From the NCBI GenBank assembly GCA_963800175.1, contig CAWCZS010000002.1, positions 1,217,695 through 1,281,694 of the forward strand: a stretch of DNA of 64,000 bases, in the 5' to 3' direction. Numbering within the stretch: position 1 is the stretch's first letter; each line of letters starts with the position of its first letter. The stretch is from Candidatus Dormiibacterota bacterium. GTDB lineage: Bacteria; Chloroflexota; Dormibacteria; Aeolococcales; Aeolococcaceae. A program made the position numbers and the translations under genes. The notes under the pieces were generated by a model that saw only the letters and a list, made by a program, of their open reading frames with translations, ran no database searches and had not been told where the DNA came from. This document shows positions 53,426-62,493 of the stretch, in pieces.

Positions 53426-55207
53426 TCACTCGAGCGAGAGCACGTACGGGTAGTGCTCCTGTCCTCCCGCCTGCAGCTCGAATTCCGTTCCCGCGTGCTT
53501 CTTGCGAAGGGTCGCGACCAGTGTGTCCGCGTCTTCGGCGCTGACCTCGTCCCCGCGATACACGGTCACCAGTTCGGGTTTTGTCTTCTGTGCGTTCAGC
53601 ACCGCATCGATGACGCCGAGGTAATCATTGCCGACCTCGGCGATCTCGTCGTCAACGACCGCGAGCACATCGCCGGTTTTGATGGTGTGTCCGTTGACGC
53701 TCGTGTCACGGACCGCATGGGTGACCTCGACCGCGTGCACCGTCGCGATTGCCTCCAGCATGCGCGTGGCGTTGTCGTCAAGGCTCGCCGTCGGGTCGAA
53801 TGCGAGGAGTGCGCTGATCCCTTGCGGGAGGTTGCGAGTCGGCACAACGCGAACCTCGCAGTCCTCTGCAAGTGGATTCACCTGCTCGGCGGTGAGGATC
53901 ACGTTGCCGTTGTTCGGCAACAGGATCACGTTTTCGGCATTCACCGCGCGCACGCCGTTGAGCAAATCCTCGATCGACGGGTTCATGGTCTGGCCGCCGC
54001 TCACGATGCTGTCGGCGCCGAGGCTGCTCATGATGTCGCGGAACCCGTCTCCCGGCGCCACGCTGGCAATGCCGATTGCCTTCGGGGGCGCAAGCGGTGT
54101 CGCCGGCGCCTCGGTGGCAGTTGCCTCCGCGAGCGCTTCCCGCGCGTCAGCCCGCTCGAGCACGTCGTGGTGCTGCGCGGACATGTCCTCAACCTTGAGC
54201 TTGCTCATCCGGCCCCGAGAGGATGCTGCCGCGATGAGGCCCGCGGGGTCGCCCGTATGAATATGCACGCGCACCAGTTCCGGGTCGCCGACCACCAGCG
54301 CCGATTCGCCGAGGGCTCCGAGCTCTGTGCGGATCGCGTCGACATCGAGTCCCGGTCCGTTGAGCAGGAACTCGGTGCAGTATCCCCAGCCCTGCTCGCG
54401 CGGCGCCACGGCGGCAGCGCCGCGCCGCGACACGGCGGAGCCGGTCGCCTCGAGATCACCAGGGTTCGGTGGGAGGCGCAGCGCCGGCTCCCCGGAGCGG
54501 CGCAGCAGCGTCGGTGCAGGTGTTGGTGCCGTGTCGCCCACAGCGCGCGCGAAGCCTTCGAGGATGACCGCGAGCCCGAACCCGCCCGCATCCACGACGT
54601 TGGCATCGCGGAGCACCTGGAGTTGGTCGGTGGTGCGCTCAACGGCTGCGTGCGCCTCGGTCACGACCCGCTCCAGCACGACACGTATGTCGTCTGTCGT
54701 CTCGGCGGCGGCCGCGGCTGCGGCAGCGGCGTCGCGGACGACGGTGAGGATCGTGCCCTCGGTGGGCTTCATCACCGCTCGGTATGCGACCGCGGACGCC
54801 TCGGTCATCGCCAGGGCGACGCCGCCGGCGTCGAGGTGCGTGCGCTGCGCCGACCCCTGAGCGAAGCCCCGAAGGATCTGCGAGAGGATGACCCCGCTGT
54901 TGCCACGGGCGCCCATGAGCGAGCCGTGGGCCGCCGCGGCAAGCACCGAGTCGGCAGCCGACGGCACCGGCGCGTCGCGAGCCTCCTCGACAGAGGAGCG
55001 CAGGGTCAGGTACATGTTCGAGCCCGTGTCACCGTCGGGCACAGGGAAGACGTTCAGGTCGTTGATCTCCTGCTGGTTGGCCTCCAGCCAGGACAGCGCA
55101 GCCGTGAGCCCGGCCAGGATCTGCTCCCCAGCGATCTCTCGAAGCGGTTCGCGGAGCACCGCGAGCTCGGGCGCGGGCTTAGTGGCGGACACCGTCAGCC
55201 TCCGCAT
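53426..55207 (-). CDS. yloV: DAK2-domain fusion protein YloV
   Basis: NVFPVPDGDTGSNM, MGARGNSGVILSQILRG, and a C-terminal YloV-type domain. The 5' end overlaps asp23 by 29 nt, so the true start may be a few codons in. Confidence 0.88.
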   Translation of the reverse strand: MRRLTVSATKPAPELAVLREPLREIAGEQILAGLTAALSWLEANQQEINDLNVFPVPDGDTGSNMYLTLRSSVEEARDAPVPSAADSVLAAAAHGSLMGARGNSGVILSQILRGFAQGSAQRTHLDAGGVALAMTEASAVAYRAVMKPTEGTILTVVRDAAAAAAAAAETTDDIRVVLERVVTEAHAAVERTTDQLQVLRDANVVDAGGFGLAVILEGFARAVGDTAPTPAPTLLRRSGEPALRLPPNPGDLEATGSAVSRRGAAAVAPREQGWGYCTEFLLNGPGLDVDAIRTELGALGESALVVGDPELVRVHIHTGDPAGLIAAASSRGRMSKLKVEDMSAQHHDVLERADAREALAEATATEAPATPLAPPKAIGIASVAPGDGFRDIMSSLGADSIVSGGQTMNPSIEDLLNGVRAVNAENVILLPNNGNVILTAEQVNPLAEDCEVRVVPTRNLPQGISALLAFDPTASLDDNATRMLEAIATVHAVEVTHAVRDTSVNGHTIKTGDVLAVVDDEIAEVGNDYLGVIDAVLNAQKTKPELVTVYRGDEVSAEDADTLVATLRKKHAGTEFELQAGGQEHYPYVLSLE

Positions 55208-55574
55208 GGATGCCCTGGACGTTGACGTTCACCGCCACCACCGGCAGTCCGAGCGTTCGCTCCACCGAGTAGCTGACGGCGCTCATCAGGTTGTGGGCGA
55301 CCTCGCTGATCCGAGTCCCGTATTCCACGATGACGTACAGCTCGATCACGAGCCCGTCGGGGGTGACCTGAATCTCGACCCCGCGGTGCACGTTCTCGCG
55401 ATTCAGGCGCTCGGCGATGCCGTCACGCAGGCCGCGAGCCGCCATGCCCACGATCCCGTAGGTCTCGTTGGCGGCGTGGCCGACGATCGAAGCCACCACG
55501 CGTGGCGACACCTCGATCCTCCCGAGGGAGGCGGTGCGCGAGAGCGCGTCAGACGCCCGGACCTTGCCTTTCAC
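55179..55574 (-). CDS. Asp23/Gls24-family envelope stress protein
   Basis: GTG at 55574 after GGAG. RIEVSPRVVASIVGHAANETYGIVGM, VIELYVIVEYGTRISEVAHNLMSAVSYSVERTLGLPV. Confidence 0.88.
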   Translation of the reverse strand: MKGKVRASDALSRTASLGRIEVSPRVVASIVGHAANETYGIVGMAARGLRDGIAERLNRENVHRGVEIQVTPDGLVIELYVIVEYGTRISEVAHNLMSAVSYSVERTLGLPVVAVNVNVQGIHAEADGVRH

Positions 55575-55732
55575 GTATCTCCGTAAGCCCGGTTGGGGGC
55601 CTGTGGTATCCTCGGCGACCGGCCACCGGTTTCTTCCGGAGGCCGCCGGGCGCCGCCGCCATGGCTGCGGCCGATTCTAGTACGCCAGAGCGGGCGCGTC
55701 TCAGATGCGCGTCCTGACCCAAGAGAGACACG

Positions 55733-55924
55733 ATGTCCCAACGCTGTGATATCTGCGGAAAAGGTCCGATGACCGGGAACAATGTGAGCCATTCCAAGGT
55801 GCACACGAAACGCCGCTTCCTGCCGAACCTCCACGTCACGCACCTTGCGGTCAAGGGACGGGAAGTGAAGGCCAAGGTTTGCACCCGCTGCCTGCGCACG
55901 CAGGCCAAGGCGGCTCGAAGCTAG
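55733..55924 (+). CDS. rpmB: 50S ribosomal protein L28
   Basis: [33 protein letters not shown]. 63 aa. Confidence 0.93.
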   Translation: MSQRCDICGKGPMTGNNVSHSKVHTKRRFLPNLHVTHLAVKGREVKAKVCTRCLRTQAKAARS

Positions 55925-55936
55925 CTATCCGCGGGA

Positions 55937-55964
55937 CGCTCTCGGTACGATCGGTCTGAGAGCG
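55937..55964 (+). terminator. hairpin cgctctc-N14-gagagcg 13 nt after the rpmB stop (no U-tract)
   Basis: 7-bp stem read directly from the sequence. It is followed by GGAGG and the ATGATG start of the next gene. Confidence 0.3.
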
Positions 55965-55980
55965 GCGGTTGGAGGCAAGG

Positions 55981-58900
55981 ATGATGAGAGCCTGCGGGCT
56001 CATTCTCGGCGGGGCGTCTCTGGCGACCCTTGCGGGGTTCACGATCGCCCTGTCCTCGGGGGGAACGGTTCCGGCGACCGTGGCTGCTCACGTGGGAGGG
56101 GTCGCGCGCTCTGCGGCGATAGCAGCCATGTCCCGCCGCTACCGCGGTGTTCCGGCGTCTCGGATGGCGGCCACCGGTCGCGCCAGGACGCTCGCGTTCG
56201 TCGGTACGCACTTCGTTATCCGCTCGGCCGCAGCGGCGACTTCACTGCGGACGTGCCTCTGATCCCTTCTCAGGACGGTTGACAGCGTTTCGCCGAATGC
56301 CGGCAATCGGGCGCGGGAGGTGAGCAGGAAGTGATTATCACGGGTTCCGGATTCACAGGCGCGACCGACGTCTTTTTCGGAAGCGTGGACGTCCCGTCGA
56401 CGAATTCTTATCCGTGTCTTTCGTCGCCTGCCGGGTGCTTCAACCGGTAAGCGACACTGAAATAGACGCGGACACCCCGGTTGAGAGCAGCGGGAACGGT
56501 CGACGTCGGCATGAACGGCATGGCAGCAACGGCTCGGCCGGACGAGTACTCCTACTTCGATCCGCCCACGGTCACGAGCGTCGACAGCCCCGAGGATCAG
56601 GGCGCGACCGGGATCGACGTCACCGGGACGAACTTCTCGTACCCGGGCATGACGCCGCTCGACCAGCGGCATCAGCGAGGTGGACCTGAACCCCACGGGC
56701 CGGGTCGACCATCGCGATCAACAACACTTGGCACAGGTTCGACGCCCAATTGCTTCGATTCGAGGACGACTCGGACCTGACCTTCAACCTGCCCAACTCG
56801 GTGCCGGCCGGCACCTACGACGTTCAGGTGATCACTCCCGGCGGGACCTCCGTGACAGGCGCCCCTGATCGGTTGGATGTGGAGCCTCCAGGGCCGACAT
56901 TGGGGACGGTGGCGCCATCGTCCGGTACAACGGCGGGCGGGACCAGCGTGAACCTTACGGGCACGGGCTTCACCACAGCGACGGACGTGTTCTTTGGAAC
57001 CGTTGATGTCACCAGCTTCACGATCAACAGCAACACGTCGATCACCGTCAGTTCCCCGGCGCACGGCGCGGGCCAGGTGAGCGTCACGGTAGAGAACCCG
57101 GGTGGGACGTCGGGAGGTCAGCCGTACACGTTCGTGGCGCCGCCGACGTTGGGGACGGTGGCGCCATCCTCCGGCACGACGGCGGGCGGGACCAGCGTGA
57201 ACCTCACGGGAACCAACTTCAATACGGCGACCGACGTGTTCTTCGGAGCTACTGACGTGAGCAGCTTCACGATCAACAGCAACACGTCGATCACCGTCAG
57301 CTCTCCGGCGCACGCAGCGGGTCAGGTCAGCGTCACGGTCGAGAACCCGGGCGGCACGTCGGGAGGTCAGCCATATACGTTCGTGACGCCGCCGACGTTG
57401 GGGACGGTGGCGCCGTCGGCCGGTACGACGGCGGGCGGCACCACGGTGACTCTCACCGGGTCCAATTTCGACACGGCGACCGACGTGTTCTTTGGAGCCG
57501 TTGATGTGACCAGCTTCACGATCAACAGCAACACGTCGATCACCGTCAGCTCCCCGGCGCACGCAGCGGGCCTCGTCAGCGTCACGGTCGAGAATCCGGG
57601 CGCCACCTCGGGCGGCCAGCCGTACACGTTCGTGACGCCGCCGACGTTGGGGACGGTGGCGCCATCGTCGGGTACGACGGCGGGCGGGACCAGCGTGACC
57701 CTCACGGGCACAAGCTTCAACACGGCGACGGACGTGTTCTTTGGAACAACTGATGTCACCAGCTTCACGATCAACAGCAACACGTCGATCACCGTCAGCT
57801 CCCCAGCGCACGCAGCGGGCGCCGGCAACGTCACCGTCGAGAACCCGGGCGGCACGTCAGGAAGCCAGCCATATACGTTCGTGACGCCGCCGACGTTGAC
57901 GACGGTGGCGCCGTCGGCCGGTACGACGGCGGGCGGCACCACCGTGACCCTTACGGGCACCAACTTCACCACGGCGACGGACGTGTTCTTTGGAAGCACT
58001 GACGTGACCAGTTCGAACTTCACAATCAACAACAGCACGTCGATCACCGTCAGTTCCCCGGCGCACGCGGCGGGCCTCGTCAGCGTCACGGTCAAGAATC
58101 CGGGCGCCACGTCGGGAGGCCAGCCATACACGTTCGTGACGCCGCCGACGTTGGGGACGGTGGCGCCATCGTCCGGTTCGACGGCAGGCGGGACCAGCGT
58201 GAATCTCACGGGCACCGGCTTCAATACGGCGACCGACGTGTTCTTCGGAGCCACTGACGTGACCAGCTTCACGATCAACAGCAACACGTCGATCACCGTC
58301 AGCTCCCCGGCGCATGCAGCGGGAGCCGGCAACGTCACCGTCGAGAACCCGGGCGGCACCTCCGCAAGCCAGCCATACACGTTCGTGACGCCGCCGACAT
58401 TGGGGACGGTGGCGCCGTCTGCCGGTACGACGGCGGGCGGCACCACGGTGACCCTCACGGGCACCAACTTCGACACGGCGACGGACGTGTTCTTCGGAGC
58501 CGTTGACGTGACCAGCTTCACGATCGACAGCAACACGTCGATCACCGTCAGTTCCCCGGCGCACGCAGCGGGCCTCGTCAGCGTCACGGTCGAGAACCCG
58601 GGCGCCACCTCGGGCGGCCAGCCATACACCTTCGTGACGCCGCCGACGTTGGGGACGGTGGCGCCATCTGCTGGTAAAGCGGCGGGCGGGACCAGCGTGA
58701 CCCTCACGGGCACGAGCTTCACCACGGCGACCGACGTGTTCTTTGGAGCCGATGACGTGACCAGCTTCACGATCAACAGCAACACGTCGATCACCGTCAG
58801 CTCCCCGGCGCACGCAGCGGGCGGCGTGAGCGTCACGGTCGAGAACCCGGGCGGCACGTCGGGAGGCCAGCCGTACACGTTCGATCCGATACCGACGTTG

Positions 58901-61593
58901 ACCGGCATCTCTCCTCCGAATGGCTCTACCGTTGGCGGTAACACCGTCACGCTCACGGGCACGGGCTTCACCGGCGCGACGGACGTGAACTTTGGTGGCA
59001 CCGACATCCAGAACACTGGATGCGGCGGCGGGCCGTGCTTCTCCGTCACCAACGACACGACGATCTCCGTCACCAACATCCCGGGCGGCGCCGCCGGCGC
59101 TGTGGATGTCGACGTCGTCACGCCGGGTGGCACGTCAGGAACCCAGCAGTACACCTACATGGGTGCGAGCTTGAGTAACGTCAGCCCACCATCGGGATCC
59201 TCGCTTGGGGGGAACAGCGTGACACTCACGGGGCCCTGTTTACCGGCGCGACCGACGTGAACGTTGGATCGCATGACCTGAATGCGTGCGGAACAGGTGC
59301 CTGCTTCACGTTCATCTCGGACACGGAAATCACCGTCACGATGCCCGCGAACAACGCGGGCGTCGTCCCCGTCGATGTCGTGACCCCAGCCGGCACCACG
59401 AATACGCTGAACTACACGTACACCAGCACGTTGACGGGTCTCTCTCCGTCGTCGGGCACGACGGATGGCGGGAACCCCGTGGTGCTCACCGGGACCGGCT
59501 TCAATGGTGCGACGGACGTCAACGTCGGCTCGCACGACCTGACGCCTGTGCCCGTCGGCGCCGTGCTTCACCATCAACAGCGATACGCAGATTACGGTGA
59601 CCATGCCGGCGAACATCCCCCAGACGGTGAGCGTCACAGTGACGACGCCGGGCGGCACGACGACGAGCCGAGCCGTACACGTATGTGGCGCCTCTTCCAA
59701 CCGTTACCGCCATCTCGAGCAACGAGGGCTTGCCGAGCGGTGGAATCCCGACGCCTCACGCTCACTGGTACTGATTTCGAGGCGGCGGGCACGTCGATCG
59801 TTTCTCAGGTGACGGTTGGCACCACGCCGATCACGCTCTCATCCTGTGCCGCCCAGCCGACCGCTCCCTGCTTCGCGGTGACAAGTCCGACCTCGATCAC
59901 GATCGGGTACATGCCGGCGGGAACCGGCCAGGTGTACATCACCGTCACCAACTCGACCGGGACCAGCGCGGAGACGTCATCGAACGAGTACACGTACAAC
60001 AACGCGTTTCCCGCAGTCACCGAGGTGTTGCCGGCGTACGGGGCCGAAAGCGGCGGTGAGGAGATCACCCTGAACGGCAGCGGCTTTGGCGCAGTCGGGC
60101 AGGACTTCGTGACCGGCGTCTTATTCGGCAGCATCGATGTGACCGATCGGAGTACCTCGTGCGCCGGCAGTTCAGCTGGATGCTTTGTCGTGATCGGCCC
60201 CACGCAAGTGGACGTGTACACCCCGGCGTCAACCGCGGCCGGAACAGTCCACGTCCAGGTCGTGACTCCAATTGGCATGAGCGCACCGGTCACGGACGAC
60301 TACTACACGTTTGTCGCCGCCGGCGCGTACACGCCCCTGACGCCATATCGGGTCTGCGATACGCGGGTCTTCGCACCGGGGGTCGCGCACAACCAGTGCA
60401 ACACCGGAACCAACAAGACACTCGGGCCCTACGGCACGGTGACGGCGCAGATCACAACCACCACAGCCGGACAGGTGCCCATGCACGCCCAAGCAGTTGT
60501 CGTCAACGTCACCGCGATAGACCACAGCACGACGTCGACCTACGTCGTGGCATATCCGGCCGGCGTCGCAACGCGACCGACTGCCTCGAACATCAACCTG
60601 TCCGGCGGCAAGGTCGGGAGCAACCTCGTGATCGTGCAGCTCAGCGCGTCCGGTCAGATCACCCTCTTCAACGCGGTTGGGAGCACCGACGTGATCGTCG
60701 ACGTGCAGGGATATTTCGCGACTCCAACCCCCAGCTCCACCGCGGGTGAATTCCATCCCATCCCGCCACTACGGATCTGCAACTCACGCGCCAACGCACA
60801 CACGGAGTGCGCCGGGGCGACGAACAATCCCTTGATCGGCGGCCATTGGCGTGACGTGGTGCTGTCGGGAGATCCTCCGGGTGCGCACGGGGCAGTCCAT
60901 CCCTGCCAGCACAGCCGCTGCTGCCGCAGTGTTCAACCTCACGGCAGTGGGCGGAACCGCCCCAACCACGTTCCTGTCGGTCACGCCCGCGCTTGCCGGT
61001 AATACCTGTCCGACCGCGGCTCCCGCGTTTTCGAATCTGAACCCCGCAGAAGGAACCGCGCTTCCGAACCGGGTGATCTCGGAGCTGGGTCCGGACCAGG
61101 ACGTCTGCATCTACAGCGCCTCGGGCGACATCAACATCGTCATCGACGTCAACGGCTGGTTCGGTTCGTCGACGGCCACGGCGGGCGCGCTCTTCTACTC
61201 GATCCCGCCAACTCGGGTCTGCGATACGCGAGCCGACTCCCACACCGCATGTTCGGTTCCATCGGGCTTGGGGCTCGCTCCCGGCGAGATCGACCCGATC
61301 CTCATGGCCGGGTCCATTCGCGGTCCCGGCGGACTACCTGCACTCCACGGCACCGGTGGCGGTGGTTGCGAACCTCACGGGCATTGCCGGTAACGCCATA
61401 ACCTTCTTCACGCTGTATCCGAACGGTGCGCTCACAACCGCATGCGTCAGATCTGAACCCGGCCCCCGGCGCGGTGATCGCGAACCTGGCGATCGTGGAA
61501 ATCTCGACAACCGGACCAACAGGCGACGTGAGCCTCTACAACGCCGCCGGTCATATCAACGCCATCCTCGACGTCGCGGGCTGGTTCCAGTAG
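55981..61593 (+). CDS. giant secreted/cell-surface protein: signal/anchor peptide, ~16 IPT/TIG-type Ig-like domains, three C-terminal ~140-aa modules; frame broken many times outside 56750-59235
   Basis: GGAGG plus ATGATG at 55981 and a hydrophobic N-terminus (MMRACGLILGGASLATLAGFTIAL). Recurrent domain pattern P.L..V.P..G...GGT.V.LTG..F...T.V.FG....TSF.V.S.T.I.V..P....G.V.V.V....G.S....YTF from about 56280 to 60320. The stop is TAG at 61591-61593 after DVAGWFQ. Confidence 0.75.
56891..58888 (+). repeat. eight in-frame tandem repeats of 249 bp (one of 255 bp), each encoding one 83-aa IPT/TIG domain
   Basis: Unit starts are at 56891, 57140, 57389, 57638, 57887, 58142, 58391 and 58640, located by the recurring ccgccgacgttggggacggtggcgcc. 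The units are near-identical at DNA level. More divergent domains flank the array. Confidence 0.9.
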
Positions 61594-62493
61594 ACGCCAC
61601 CGGTCGGGCGCCGGTTCTTCGCGAACGGCTGCTGGCGAGGAGTTCCAGGCCGTGGACGATTCGCGGACCGGGACGGCTGAAGTACGCCGACCCGTCGACG
61701 ACCAGGACTCTGCCGGAGCGCGTGCACTCGAGCTCGTCGAAGCCAGGACGTGACGCGACCTCCGAAACCAGCTCGAGCGTGCGAGCCAGGTCGTAGCCGC
61801 AGGGCATCAGCACCATGACCTCGGGTCGCGCCGCGACCACCTCATCCCACGACACGTATCGCGACGGCAGCACCTTCCTCACCAAGGACGTCGATGCCAC
61901 CGGCGAGACGAACCATCTCCGGCACCCAGTGGCCGCCGACCATCAACGGGTCGGTCCATTCGATGCAGACCACACGCGGCCTTGGGCTCGGCGCTTCCAT
62001 CGTGGCGATCGCGCCGATGCGCGAGCGCATCGCCGTCGCAACGGTGTGCGCGCCGTCGACGCGTCCGGTCGCGACGCCGACCTCCTCGACGGACTGACAG
62101 ATCTCCTCCACCGAGCGGGGCTCGAGCGACAGCACCGGAATCTCGCCGGGCAGACGCCGTACCGCGCGGCTCACCTCGCTGTATGCGACCGCGCAGACGT
62201 CGCACAGCTCCTGGGTGACGATGAGATCCGGCTCCAGCGCCGCGAGGGCTGCCTCGTCGAGCCGGTAGATGCTCGACCCGGCGTGCCGCGCCGCATGGAT
62301 GTGGCGATCGATATCGCCAGGAGCCACACCATCCATCGCGAGCACGCTCGAGGTCACCGCGGGAAGGCCGCGCGCGGCTGCCGGGTGATCGCACTCATGC
62401 GTCACGCCAACGACGCTCGTCACCCGCACCGATTGCGAACAGGATCTCGGTGGCGCTGGGGAGGAGCGAGACGACGCGCGACCCCGCGGTCAT
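61556..62493 (-). CDS. TroA/BtuF-like (cobalamin/iron-siderophore type) binding protein without signal peptide, 2 frame breaks (~62410, ~61880); 3' end uncertain
   Basis: ATG at 62493 overlaps the ribH stop (ATGA). MTAGSRVVSLLPSATEILFAIGAGDE | VVGVTHECDHP, PDLIVTQELCDVCAV, RPRVVCIEWTDPLMVGGHWVPEMVRLAGG | SWDEVVAARPEVMVLMPCGY, FSRPGPRIVHGLELLA. Confidence 0.7.

Noticed and set aside
56891-58888. Regular tandem repeats considered as a possible CRISPR array
   Set aside because: The period is 249 bp with no unique spacers. The whole array is one continuous coding frame for Ig-like domains, and no cas genes are present in the window.
56672-59154. Long minus-strand ORFs (379, 595 and 318 aa) with internally repetitive sequence
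   Set aside because: They are antisense read-throughs of the 249-bp IPT repeat array. Their periodicity simply mirrors the plus-strand repeats, and the plus-strand frame has the coherent Ig-like domain pattern.
56891-61593. Diversity-generating retroelement or phase-variation cassette acting on the repeat protein
   Set aside because: I found no reverse transcriptase, no template-repeat/variable-repeat pair with adenine-specific differences, no invertible-segment inverted repeats and no recombinase. Variation between units is better explained by duplication and gene conversion.
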